A program made the position numbers and the translations under genes. This document shows positions 33,486 through 44,535 of a stretch of 64,000 bases of DNA, piece by piece. A model generated the notes under the pieces. It was not told the origin of the DNA, made no database searches, and saw only the letters and a program-made list of their open reading frames with translations. The first letter of the stretch is position 1, and each line of letters begins with the position of its first letter. Origin of the DNA: an uncultured cyanobacterium (GTDB lineage: Bacteria; Cyanobacteriota; Cyanobacteriia; Cyanobacteriales; Cyanobacteriaceae); NCBI GenBank assembly GCA_963710605.1, contig CAVQBA010000006.1, forward strand, positions 672,001 through 736,000, given 5' to 3'.

Positions 33486-34646
33486 TTATTGTTGATCAAT
33501 AATTTGGATTAAATCGTCTATTTCTGTTTCTGTAGTTAAATAATGTACACAGGCACGGATACAATAAGGATAAACTAATGTCCGTAGATAAAAACCTTTA
33601 TTTTCTAAATTTTGGACCATTTTTTGAGCATCTATTCCTGTACGAGGATAAAAAGAAACTAACCCTGATTGGGGTGGACTATTTTTGACACATTCGATGC
33701 GGGGTAGTTGATCTAACTTAATCCATAAATACTCGCTCAATTGACAAATACGTTGATAACGTTGTTCGATCGTTCCCCATTTTTGATGAATAGCGATCGC
33801 TTCGGTTAAACTAGAAAAAAGAGGATAAGCTGAAGTTGCTACTTCATAACGACGAGCATCTTCATGTAAAGGCATATCAGGTTGACTATAATTTAAACCA
33901 CGCCAACCAATAAAGGTAGCAGGAAATGAAGAGAGTAAATCGCTTCTAACATACAAAAAACCAACTCCACCAGGACCACATAACCATTTATGTCCTGTAC
34001 AACCATAATAATCTACTTCTGAATCAATCAGATCTACAGGTAAACATCCTGCTGATTGCGCACCATCAACTAATACTTGGGTTTGTTTTTCGGCTGAGTT
34101 GTTATGACAGGTTGAGACTATTTCTTTTAAGGGTAAAACTTGCCCTGTATTCCAAAGAATATGACTAATGACAACTAATCTGGTTTTAGGAGTTAGATGA
34201 TTTTTGATTACTTGAATCGGATTACCTTCATTAACTGTGGCAACTATTGGGCAGGTAGAAATTTTGACATCAAAACGACGAGCAATTTCTTCAATGATAG
34301 CAATCACCCCCGGATGTTCGGCATCGGTGAGTAATATTTCATCTCCTGCTTCCCACTTTATACCCCACAAAGCTATGTTACAACTACTGGTTACGTTTTC
34401 AGTTAAAGCGATCGTTTCTGGGGTTACTTTCATTTCATCAGCGATCGCTTTTTTCGTATCCTGAATATTTTCCATTACCCAAGTATTGATTTTTAGACCA
34501 AAAGGACCTACTTTATCGATATATTGATAAGTATCGATCATTTTTCCGAAGGCAGATTTAGGTAAAATTCCTTGCCCACCAAAATTGAAATAATGTTTAT
34601 CTTTTAAACCTAAAAATTCTTCTCGGTGTTGTTGTAAATCAGACAT
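33486..34646 (-). CDS. class V PLP aminotransferase (cysteine/cystine lyase-like)
   Basis: YFNFGGQG, VDGAQSAG, TGHKWLCGPGG. Confidence 0.88.
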   Translation of the reverse strand: MSDLQQHREEFLGLKDKHYFNFGGQGILPKSAFGKMIDTYQYIDKVGPFGLKINTWVMENIQDTKKAIADEMKVTPETIALTENVTSSCNIALWGIKWEAGDEILLTDAEHPGVIAIIEEIARRFDVKISTCPIVATVNEGNPIQVIKNHLTPKTRLVVISHILWNTGQVLPLKEIVSTCHNNSAEKQTQVLVDGAQSAGCLPVDLIDSEVDYYGCTGHKWLCGPGGVGFLYVRSDLLSSFPATFIGWRGLNYSQPDMPLHEDARRYEVATSAYPLFSSLTEAIAIHQKWGTIEQRYQRICQLSEYLWIKLDQLPRIECVKNSPPQSGLVSFYPRTGIDAQKMVQNLENKGFYLRTLVYPYCIRACVHYLTTETEIDDLIQIIDQQ

Positions 34647-34961
34647 AAATAGTTAATAGTTAATAGTTAATAGTTAATAGTTGAGAGTTATTTTAAGTAG
34701 CGATGAAACAATTTGTCGTTTAGAATCTTAGTTTAATTTATTAAACGATATCTATTAGCCTTGTTAATTCATTGCAAGGCGGTTTTAATATTCAAATTTT
34801 TCCTATTCATATTAATGTCTCATCTCGTTATCAAAATAAGGATAACAACTAATGCAATATAAAAAAGCCCAGAAATATAATTAAAATAATAACTATATTT
34901 TACTGAGCATTAAACAATATTGAGAACTATAGTCCTAACTACAATACTTCTTACTTCTTAA

Positions 34962-36410
34962 TTATTTGGTAATGGCTTCGCCACGACGATATAATTCACG
35001 AGCATAATCTGTCCATGTGCCTTGCCCCCAGTAACGGAAACAGCTAGTTTCGACAAGCAGGTTATAAAGAAGGGCTTCTTTGTAATCGTTTCGTTGTGTT
35101 ATGCTAGGATCTTCGGCTACAAGACGATCGAATTTTTGATGAAACATTGCACTTAACTTGTTCATCGGCTCAAGAACGTTTTCATACCCTTGTACCCAGC
35201 TTAAATCATTTGTCCATGATGCACCATCAGTATGGAATTGATGATCGTTTTCTTGTAAATCAGCGATCGCTTTTTCCACATTTTCAGTCGTAACTGTATC
35301 ACCAACTTTAGCCCAAATTTTATGTTGCCCTATAGGTTGACAAACAGGATAGTCTTCTTCTTTTACTCCCGCCTCTTCTAATAACTCTAAATATTCAGTG
35401 CCATTAAAACCAACAGTGCCACCACCGTTTTTAATTTCGTGCCAAACCCGATTATAACCACCGGGGAATTCATTCATCATTACCCCACCGTTTTCACCAT
35501 CAGCAATCTGACTAACACAAGAAGGAACAGAAATACCACCGATTTCTTGTCTGCCTCTACCCTTAGCTTCATAATAAGGTTGCATTTGAGCCACTAATTT
35601 AGTATCTGAGCCTTGAGTCTTAATTAATGCTGTAATACTAATAGTATCGCCATGGGAATTTTTAGCCACCAAACGATTAGGAATATATTTATTATCATGG
35701 TGTAACCCCAAGCCATCAATTTGTTCAACTGAATGCTCTTGTACTAACAACCAACGATAGCCACATTCTTTTAAAGCTTTGATATATTCATAGAAAGTAT
35801 CAGGATGATTGGGCATATGCATTTCTGGTGGTGAAAAACCCTTGACTCGACGTAATGCCTCTTCGCCAAACAGGGATAAAAATTGATGTTGCCATGCCAG
35901 AATATGTAACTTAAGATCAGGTATAGGAGTAGAAGAAGCCACAGCATGAGACCACATTGTACCTAACCATTCTACATTAGCAAAGTAACGTCGATCGCAA
36001 GTAATTTTCTTCAGATTATCAAGAATATCATGACGATTCATTTGCTCGAATCCCCAAAGTAAATTACCTGAATAATCCAACATGATACGAGGATTACAAC
36101 CGTTGTTAACTAATTCGGGGATAAATTCTCCCATACGTTTGTAACACCAAGCAAAAGGGTCAGCATTATGATTATCACCTTCATTCGGGTTTTCATACAT
36201 ATGTTGTAGATTACAAATTAAACTACCATCATGTCCTGCGGGAATAGTTGGTTGGTGCATATGTAATGCAGAAGCAAAACCTGAATTAATATTATCTAGA
36301 TTTAGGTTTGTATAGGGTAAAAATACACGATCGTTATGATTAACTATCTTTGATATCTTATCTTCTAAACCGCTAATTGGCGGTATGTTTACTATTGTTT
36401 GTGTTGACAT
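34962..36410 (-). CDS. glycoside hydrolase family 57 protein
   Basis: ALHMHQP, GFSPPEM, ADGENGG, ETSCFRYWG. Confidence 0.8.
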   Translation of the reverse strand: MSTQTIVNIPPISGLEDKISKIVNHNDRVFLPYTNLNLDNINSGFASALHMHQPTIPAGHDGSLICNLQHMYENPNEGDNHNADPFAWCYKRMGEFIPELVNNGCNPRIMLDYSGNLLWGFEQMNRHDILDNLKKITCDRRYFANVEWLGTMWSHAVASSTPIPDLKLHILAWQHQFLSLFGEEALRRVKGFSPPEMHMPNHPDTFYEYIKALKECGYRWLLVQEHSVEQIDGLGLHHDNKYIPNRLVAKNSHGDTISITALIKTQGSDTKLVAQMQPYYEAKGRGRQEIGGISVPSCVSQIADGENGGVMMNEFPGGYNRVWHEIKNGGGTVGFNGTEYLELLEEAGVKEEDYPVCQPIGQHKIWAKVGDTVTTENVEKAIADLQENDHQFHTDGASWTNDLSWVQGYENVLEPMNKLSAMFHQKFDRLVAEDPSITQRNDYKEALLYNLLVETSCFRYWGQGTWTDYARELYRRGEAITK

Positions 36411-36978
36411 TAATTCTCCTTTTGTAATAAGTAAAGCAAAAACTATACTCTTTTTTGTAGTGATAATTTAGGAATAATAAATATTGCCAAAAACTAGCTT
36501 TTTCTTCTTTTTATATTATCTTAATTATCTCAGTGCTTCTTTTAATAAATAGTAAGTTATTTAAAGTTATTTTAATTATTTTTAAGTAAACTTAATCTTA
36601 TGATTATTTCAAGATTTAGTTTTTTAGACAAAACTTAATCTCAATAGAAAAATCGATCGAGATTGTTAGCAAGATATAATCTGTTAAAGTAATCTTTACT
36701 ATAATCTGTCAAAATAATTAGTTTTCCTGAAGAAATTATCCAGAAAAATAAACGAAATGTGTATTAAACATCTCCCATAATTATCGTCAAAATATGGTAA
36801 ATACTTTTTTTAAACAGAAGCTTTAGACGACATAAAATTAGTTGATACCGAAAGTTTATTCTCCTAAACAAATCTATCTTATTACAAATGTCGATAAAGG
36901 ATGAAACACGTGCTAAACTACTGCTGTTAAAGATTGGTAGTTAACATTAACTTTAAAATCAGTTTAATCTAGTCACAA

Positions 36979-38748
36979 ATGAGAACAATAAAAATATTTG
37001 ACAACTTTTATCGCCATAAATTTTGGTTTTGGTTTGGTCTTAGTTGTGCCTTTTGCTTATACTATGGCTTAATGTCTTTTTATCATGTATCTATTCCTGA
37101 TTATATAATTCAAGATGATGCCAGACAGCATGTTGTTTGGCTACAAAAATTTAGTGATGCTGAACTTTTTCCTAATGATTTGCTTGCTGATTATTATTTA
37201 GGTATTGCCCCATTAGGTTACAAAGCACTGTATTTTTTAGTTGCCAAAATAGGAATTCAACCTTTAGTTTTTGCGAAAATATTGCCGATAGTTTTAGGGT
37301 TAATAACTACTATTTATTTATTTTTATTTACTTTTGAAATATTTCCTTTTCCTTTCGGTTCATTTATAGTTACTTTATCTTTCAATCAGATTATTTGGCC
37401 AGAAGATAATTTAATTTCAGCAACACCGAGAGCTTTTCTTTATCCAATTCTTGCCGCATTTTTATACTATCTTAGTACTAAAAAAATAATTCCTTGTGTA
37501 ATAGTTATGCTTCTTCAAGGGATATTTTATCCTCAAACACTTTTAGTCGAAAATTCTATCTTATTCTTAAACTTATTTTATTTTAATCGACAGAATAAAC
37601 TTAGTTTAACTAATGATAAAAAAAAGCGTATTTTATTTTTTGCTAGTATTTTAGTTACTTTAATTATCGCTGTTTTATTACAGATAAAATCGCCAGAATC
37701 TCAAGATTTTGTTAGTTTAGCGAATATGAAGCAAATGCCAGAATTTAATCTTTATGGAAGAAATGAGTATTTTGGACATAATGCAATGTTTTTCTGGTTT
37801 GAAGGACGAAGTGGTATAAATATACCTTTTTTCCCACGAGAAGCTTGGATTTACAATACATTAGTTATCTTTTTGCCGATAATGGTTTGGTGTAGTCTTG
37901 TTTTACCTTTCTTACTAATTAAAAAAATAGGAATTACTAAATTAGTTACTAAAAATATTTTTATTTTAAGACATATTTTAATTGGTTCTTTTTCGTTATT
38001 TTTTATCGCCCATCTAGTCTTTCCCAAATTATATTTACCTAGTCGTTATACTTATCATAGTTCACGTTTTGTTATTGCTATTGCTTTTGGAATTATAGTA
38101 ACAACAATGATTGATTTGAGTTATACTTGGTTGAAAAAAAGATTAGAAAATAAACAACAAAACCGTTTACGAGAGAAAAGTTTAACTGGTTTGATTAGTT
38201 TATTTTTAGCTATTACGATTATTTTTCCTTTTATTTTTCCTGCTTTTATCAACTGGCATCGTCATTGGGAAATAGGAACACAAAAACCTATTTATCAGTT
38301 TTTAGCTCAACAACCTAAAGATATTTTAATCGCTTCAATTACTCCTGAAACCGAGAGCTTACCAGCTTTTACTCAACGATCGATTTTATTTGGTCGAGAA
38401 TTATCGATCGCTTATCATCCTCAATATTATAATCAAATAATCACCAGAGTAACCGATCTACTTAATGCCTTATACACAGATAATTACGAAGAAATGACCG
38501 CAGTTATTAATAAATACGATATAGATTATTTATTATTAGAAGACAATACTTTTTCGGCTGAATATTTAGAAAAAAGTAGTAAAGGTTGGTATGTTTACGG
38601 TTCTTGGCAAGACACTACTAAACAAATAATTACTGAATTAAATCAAGGAAAAACACCTGTTTTAACTAAGTATATAGAATCATGTAAAGTTGAATCTAGT
38701 AATAGCTTATATTTGTTAGATACTTCATGTATTTTAGAAAATAAATAA
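36979..38748 (+). CDS. polytopic membrane protein, possibly GT-C-like
   Basis: many TM segments; QDDARQHV; adjacent to a GT2 gene. Confidence 0.6.
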   Translation: MRTIKIFDNFYRHKFWFWFGLSCAFCLYYGLMSFYHVSIPDYIIQDDARQHVVWLQKFSDAELFPNDLLADYYLGIAPLGYKALYFLVAKIGIQPLVFAKILPIVLGLITTIYLFLFTFEIFPFPFGSFIVTLSFNQIIWPEDNLISATPRAFLYPILAAFLYYLSTKKIIPCVIVMLLQGIFYPQTLLVENSILFLNLFYFNRQNKLSLTNDKKKRILFFASILVTLIIAVLLQIKSPESQDFVSLANMKQMPEFNLYGRNEYFGHNAMFFWFEGRSGINIPFFPREAWIYNTLVIFLPIMVWCSLVLPFLLIKKIGITKLVTKNIFILRHILIGSFSLFFIAHLVFPKLYLPSRYTYHSSRFVIAIAFGIIVTTMIDLSYTWLKKRLENKQQNRLREKSLTGLISLFLAITIIFPFIFPAFINWHRHWEIGTQKPIYQFLAQQPKDILIASITPETESLPAFTQRSILFGRELSIAYHPQYYNQIITRVTDLLNALYTDNYEEMTAVINKYDIDYLLLEDNTFSAEYLEKSSKGWYVYGSWQDTTKQIITELNQGKTPVLTKYIESCKVESSNSLYLLDTSCILENK

Positions 38749-38875
38749 TTAACGATCGATCGTACAGTAAACAGATAAAGTTAGTCTGATATTTAATTGT
38801 CAATTATTTATCCTGAGCAGTTCGACAGGCTCACTGTATCACGTTAGTCGAAGTATCAATTATCAATTATTAATT

Positions 38876-39754
38876 ATGAATCTTGAAAACACTGAAAGTT
38901 TATTTCCATTTTCGATCGTTATTCCTATTTACAACGAAGAGAATAGTATAACTTCAACAATAGATCAACTTCATCAAGTAATGAGAGAGGCTCAGTGTGA
39001 ATATGAAATAATTGTAGTTAATGATGGTTCAACAGACAATAGTCAAAAAGTTTTAGCAATTAGAAATGATATTAGACTTATTTTACATCGCAAAAATAGA
39101 GGTTATGGGGCGGCATTAAAAACAGGAATTAGTCAGGCAACATATCCATTAATTGTAATTACTGATGGTGACGGCACTTATCCTAACCACATGATTCCTT
39201 ATTTAGTCAGTATGAGCCGAGATGCTGATATGGTGGTAGGCTCAAGAACAGGTGAGAATGTAACTTATTCTAATTTACGTAAGATACCCAAATGGTTTTT
39301 AGTTCGTTTTGCGGAGTGGGTGACAGATACAAATATACCTGATATGAATAGCGGATTGCGAGTTATACGAAAAACAGAAGTAGAAAAATTCAAAAAAATT
39401 CTTCCTAATGCTTTTAGTTTTACCACGACAATAACAGTTGCCTTACTCACTAATGGATATATTGTTAATTATGTACCGATTGATTATTATCATCGAGAAG
39501 GTAAAAGTAAAATTAAACCAATTCGAGATACTTTACATTTTGTTCAGTTAATTCTACGTACAGGGCTTTATTTTGCACCATTGAGAATCTTTTTACCCAT
39601 TTCAGGATTCTTTTTTAGTCTTTTTCTGTTTACTTTATATCGAGATATTGTTTTAAGACAAGATTTGACAGATAGAACATTAATATTACTGATTGCTTCT
39701 AGTCAAACTATCTTGTTAGCATTGATAGCGGATATGTTGGATAAAAGAACTTAA
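38876..39754 (+). CDS. glycosyltransferase family 2
   Basis: SIVIPIYNEE, VNDGSTD, NRGYGAAL, TDGDGTY. Confidence 0.92.
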   Translation: MNLENTESLFPFSIVIPIYNEENSITSTIDQLHQVMREAQCEYEIIVVNDGSTDNSQKVLAIRNDIRLILHRKNRGYGAALKTGISQATYPLIVITDGDGTYPNHMIPYLVSMSRDADMVVGSRTGENVTYSNLRKIPKWFLVRFAEWVTDTNIPDMNSGLRVIRKTEVEKFKKILPNAFSFTTTITVALLTNGYIVNYVPIDYYHREGKSKIKPIRDTLHFVQLILRTGLYFAPLRIFLPISGFFFSLFLFTLYRDIVLRQDLTDRTLILLIASSQTILLALIADMLDKRT

Positions 39755-40124
39755 AGTTAATTTTTATCTTAGTATATAAAAACTAAAATGTTGTCATTAC
39801 AAATCGCCTTACAATAAATTGACAAGGCTAATAGATAACGTTCATTAAAATGAACTAATTACTTTTCTATTCTAAATTCTGGATGAAATTATAGTGGTTT
39901 AAAATAAAAAATTTTTTGTATTTGATTTTAGTTCAATTCATTGAACGACATTTATTAGCCGTATAATTCATTACACGGTGGGTATTGGACTTATATCGGG
40001 AATTTGATTACTTACTTTCTGTGTAATCAAGTTATCAGCTTTGGATTTTTCACAACTGTATTTTCTGGGTGATACAGAAAAGGTATAATACTCATCGATA
40101 CTTATAAGAAAAATTGTATTATAA

Positions 40125-41007
40125 ATGACTAAAACGGCATGGGTATTCCCAGGGCAAGGCTCACAAACACCAGGAATGGAAGTAGATTTACTCGAATCTA
40201 GCATCGCTCAAGAAAAATTTAAACAAGCCGAAGAAATTTTGGGTTGGAGTGTAATCGAAAAATGTCAGGCAGATGAAGAGACATTATCTCAGACTCAATA
40301 TACCCAACCTTGTTTATATACGATCGAATCTATTTTAATCGATTTACTAAACGACAAAGGGAAAAAACCTGATTTAGTTGCCGGGCATAGTTTAGGTGAA
40401 TATGTCGCCTTATACGCCGCAGGTGTTTATGATTTTGCTACAGGTTTAAAACTCGTACAACGTCGTGGTGAATTGATGAGTCAAGCTGAAGGTGGCAAGA
40501 TGGTAGCCTTGATGAAATTTAAACGAGATATTCTAGAAACTACTATTAATCAAGCTGAAAATGTCGTCATTGCTAATGATAACAGTGATGGGCAAGTCGT
40601 AATTTCAGGTGAGGATGGTGCGGTGGATGAGGTAGTTGAAGCAGTTAACCCTAAATTGAAAGTACCGTTAAAAGTTTCGGGGGCGTTTCATTCTCCTTTG
40701 ATGGCAACAGCGGCGGCAGAATTTGCTTTGATGTTAGATGCGGTTGAGTTTAACGAGGCGACAATTCCTGTTTTAGCTAATGTTGATCCTACACCAACGA
40801 TCGATTCTGAACAAATTAAAACTAGATTAAAACAACAAATGACAGGCGGAGTACGTTGGCGTGAGATTATGTTACGTTTACCTCAAGAATCTGTTACTAG
40901 TGTAGTAGAAATAGGCACCGGGTAAAGTTTTAAGTGGTTTACTAAAACGTACTGTCAAGGAATTAGAATTATCTCAAGTCGGAAGCATCGAAGCAGTTGA
41001 TAGTTGA
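40125..41007 (+). CDS. fabD: malonyl-CoA:ACP transacylase, apparent +1 frameshift near 40916
   Basis: FPGQGSQ, GHSLGEY, SGAFHS; removing one base restores EIGPGKVLSGLLKR...DS*. Confidence 0.95.
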
Positions 41008-41085
41008 TAAACGTCTGTATTTAAAAGTCTCATTTTTAAATGCCTTAAAATATAATTGATAGTGATGTGATGTAATAGATAGTTT

Positions 41086-42267
41086 ATGACTACTGAAAAA
41101 GAAAGAATATATTGGTTAGCATGGTCGAAGATAAGAGGTTTAGGCCCTGTTTCACTCAAAAAAATCTATAATCATTTTGGTAGTCTAGAAAAGGCTTGGT
41201 ATTGTGCGGATAATCAATATTTACAAGTAGATGGTATAGGTAAAAAAAGTCTAGTCTCTTTGGTTGAAGAAAAAGCGAAAATTGAGCCTGAAAAACTATT
41301 TATTCAACATCAACAACAAAATCCTCATTTTTGTACTCCTAGTGATGCCGAATACCCGCAATTGTTATTAGAAATACCTAGTACTCCTGCGGTGTTATAT
41401 TATACTGGTGATTTAAAATTAGCTCAAACCGAAGGAGTCAATCATCTAATAGGGATTGTTGGGACAAGAAATCCGACCGAACATGGTCGTAGATGGACTT
41501 ATAATATCAGTCAGGCATTAGCAAAAAGTGGTTTGACGATCGTTTCTGGTTTGGCTAAAGGTATTGATACTGTCGCTCATCGTGCTTGTTTAGATGTTGG
41601 TGGAAAAACGATCGCTGTTTTAGGAAATGGACTCGATCGAGCTTATCCTTATCAAAACAAGAAATTAATGGCAGAAATAGCTGAAAAAGGGCTTATACTG
41701 ACAGAATATGAATATGGTAGTACCCCCGAAAGAGGAAACTTTCCTGCTCGTAATCGAATTGTAGCAGGGTTATCTAGAGCAGTATTAGTAATGGAAGCAC
41801 CAGAAAAATCAGGGGCATTAATTACCGCCCGTTATGCTAATGAATTTAATCGAGATGTATATACTTTACCTAATACTCCAGATAATTTACAAGCTAGAGG
41901 ATGTTTGAAGTTGATTCATAAAGGTGCAGAAGTTATTATCACTGAAGAAGAATTATTATCTAGTTTGGGTGATATTCCTAGTTTGACTCCTTCTGCTTCA
42001 CAACAATTATCTTTATTTAATTCGACTAACGAAACGACTAGCCAAACAACAACTGAATCTATACCTACGCCAACTAAATCAAATCGTCCTGATTTACAAC
42101 CGCCTTTTGCTACAGTCTATAATGCGATCGCTTCATCTCCAACTTCATTAGATACCATCGTCAATAATTCGGGATTAAATGCACCTGAAGTATCGGCTAT
42201 TCTATTGCAATTAGAGTTAGATAGTCTTGTGACTCAATTACCCGGAATGATGTACAAAATCAATTGA
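41086..42267 (+). CDS. dprA: DNA processing protein DprA
   Basis: IVGTRNP, VSGLAKGID, FPARNRIVAGLS, SGALITA. Confidence 0.95.
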   Translation: MTTEKERIYWLAWSKIRGLGPVSLKKIYNHFGSLEKAWYCADNQYLQVDGIGKKSLVSLVEEKAKIEPEKLFIQHQQQNPHFCTPSDAEYPQLLLEIPSTPAVLYYTGDLKLAQTEGVNHLIGIVGTRNPTEHGRRWTYNISQALAKSGLTIVSGLAKGIDTVAHRACLDVGGKTIAVLGNGLDRAYPYQNKKLMAEIAEKGLILTEYEYGSTPERGNFPARNRIVAGLSRAVLVMEAPEKSGALITARYANEFNRDVYTLPNTPDNLQARGCLKLIHKGAEVIITEEELLSSLGDIPSLTPSASQQLSLFNSTNETTSQTTTESIPTPTKSNRPDLQPPFATVYNAIASSPTSLDTIVNNSGLNAPEVSAILLQLELDSLVTQLPGMMYKIN

Positions 42268-42272
42268 TAATT

Positions 42273-42373
42273 GCGGTGGAAGCCCGCGTCGGCGAAAGAC
42301 GCAAGCGGTCAGAACCCGCGACGACTATAAGTCGCAAGGGAAGGCTGACCAAGACGGGAATGTCCACCAAGAC
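42273..42373. mobile_element. self-nested small structured repeat (50-nt outer plus 51-nt inner copy)
   Basis: inner copy 42305-42355 aligns end to end with the rejoined outer copy; compensatory stem changes. Confidence 0.8.
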
Positions 42374-42604
42374 GAGAATTGAGAATTGATAATTAAAATT
42401 GTAGCAATAGTATTGTTTAATATCAGTTAACGCTCCGATTCTATTTGTAATCATGTGATACTCAAAAACAGTCGATTGAGGAAAACTTCTCCTCTCTCTT
42501 GAATTGATTTATAGCCTCAAACAAATAAATTCCTCTGTGTACTCTGCGACCTCTGCGGTTAATAATACGATAAAGTATAAAGACTCTAACCAATCCATTA
42601 AGTA

Positions 42605-43660
42605 ATGAAAATATTAATATTATCCACACCTGTAGGTGCATTAAGCTCAGGTATTGGTGGAGGAGTGGAATTAACGATTTATAATCTAATTGGGCAGTTA
42701 CTTGCACGTAATCATCAAGTTAGAGTAGTCGCCCCGAAAGGTTCACAATTTGATGGTGTTGATATTATTGGAATAGATGGTAATGTGCATATTCCTGCTC
42801 AAACCCAAAATCGTGATACACCTATCACCATGCCTGAAAATTCAGTTTTAGCTAATATGTGGGAATATGCTCGTCAAATACAATCAGATTATGACATCTT
42901 GGTTAATTTTGCTTTTGATTGGCTTCCTTTTTATTTAACTCCATTTTTCCAAACTTCGATTGCTCATTTTATTAGTATGGGTTCGTTATCTGATAGTCTA
43001 GACCAAATGATGACTCAAACTGCTTGTTTATATCCGCAAAATTTTGCAGTTTACACCCATGCCCAAGCACTCACTTTTCCTTTTGCCCAAGTCTGTCAAT
43101 CTTTAGGTAGCGGTATCGATTTATCTTTATACCAATTCCAGCCAGTCGCTACTAACAAATTAGCTTGGTTAGGTAGAATCGCCCCCGAAAAAGCCCTTGA
43201 AGATGCCGTTAAAGCCGCCCAAGTTACTAAGATACCATTACTAGTTTTTGGTAAAATTCAAGACGAAAACTATTGGCAAAATATCCTGACAGAATATCCT
43301 CATGCACCGATTGAGTATCAAGGTTTTTTATCTACTATTGATTTACAACGAGAATTAGGTAATTGTAGTGCTTTACTAATGACTCCTCGTTGGTTAGAGG
43401 CTTTTGGTAATGTCGCCATTGAAGCTTTAGCTTGTGGTGTTCCTGTCATTAGTTATGCTAGAGGAGGTCCAGCCGAGATTGTCATTGATGGGCAAAATGG
43501 CTTTTTAGTTACTCCTGATAGTGTAGAAGGTTTAGTCGAGGCAATCAAAAAAATTGACCAAATCGATCGAGAATATTGCCGTCAAATTGCCGAACAAAAA
43601 TACTCTTTAGATAGTTGGGGCGATTGATTTGAAGCATGGTTGTTATCAATTGACAGTTGA
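42605..43660 (+). CDS. glycosyltransferase family 4; TGA at 43625 may be an error for CGA
   Basis: LGRIAPEK, EAFGNVAIEALACGVPV; reading CGA gives DRFEAWLLSIDS*. Confidence 0.88.
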
Positions 43661-43755
43661 CAATGGACAATTGACAATTAATAATCAATTATCGATAATT
43701 AGCGACTCATAATCAACAAAATAATCCTGAAATCCCTTAATCCTCCAAATCCTGA

Positions 43756-44151
43756 TTAAAGCTGTTGAGTAAGTAATAAACCGAAGCTAATCAAACAACC
43801 AAATAATAATCCTAATACACTTAAACCACTAATCCCAAAACCGAGAGTTCTTTTTTCGGCTTGTTGATAATAACCCCAAGCATATAAAACTCGACCTAAT
43901 ATCCAAACACCACCTAAAATTGCTCCCCATAATTCACTGACATAATAAGAAAAAATCCAGACTAAAGGCAAAAACAAAACTAATTGCTCAAGGGTATTTT
44001 GTTGAACTCTTAATGCTCTTTCAAAATTAGCATCTCCTGTCATGGCAGGGGGTTTAACGTTATATTTGTTTCTAGCTAAACCAACAAAAATAACAGTTGC
44101 ATAATAAACTATTAATGCGGAAACGGTAATAATACTTGCTCCGAGTAACAT
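43756..44151 (-). CDS. MAPEG family protein
   Basis: FERALRVQQNTLEQ, GRVLYAWGY. Confidence 0.9.
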   Translation of the reverse strand: MLLGASIITVSALIVYYATVIFVGLARNKYNVKPPAMTGDANFERALRVQQNTLEQLVLFLPLVWIFSYYVSELWGAILGGVWILGRVLYAWGYYQQAEKRTLGFGISGLSVLGLLFGCLISFGLLLTQQL

Positions 44152-44184
44152 AAAATAAATTCCTTTTTTATTAAGATTAAATAA

Positions 44185-44535
44185 TTACGATTTCCAGTTG
44201 TTTTCCGCTTGACTTAAGACGTATTCGGCTACATTTTTTATTTCTGTTTCGCTTAAACGATCGTTATATGCCGACATATTATTCTTACCATAACTCACAA
44301 TTTCAGTAATAGTATCTACCGAATCGTAACCATATTTATGTAAAGCCTTGGTGCGTAAATTTTTACCTCTTCTGAGAATATTACCACCATTGACATGACA
44401 TCCTGCACAATGAACTTCAAAAACTTGTTCTCCTGAAAGACTAACTAAATTACTCTGGGCAATGGCACTCAAATTATGAGGAATAAAAAAACTTAAGCAA
44501 ATTGTGAATATTAAAACCAAAAAAATTTTGAACAT
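44185..44535 (-). CDS. petJ: cytochrome c6 family protein
   Basis: signal peptide, CAGCH, GKNNMSAY. Confidence 0.85.
   Translation of the reverse strand: MFKIFLVLIFTICLSFFIPHNLSAIAQSNLVSLSGEQVFEVHCAGCHVNGGNILRRGKNLRTKALHKYGYDSVDTITEIVSYGKNNMSAYNDRLSETEIKNVAEYVLSQAENNWKS

Noticed and set aside
42273-42373. GC-rich island as a tRNA, tmRNA, SRP RNA or known riboswitch
   Set aside because: No T-loop, tag reading frame or SRP motif; the self-nesting and clean insertion fit a mobile repeat better.
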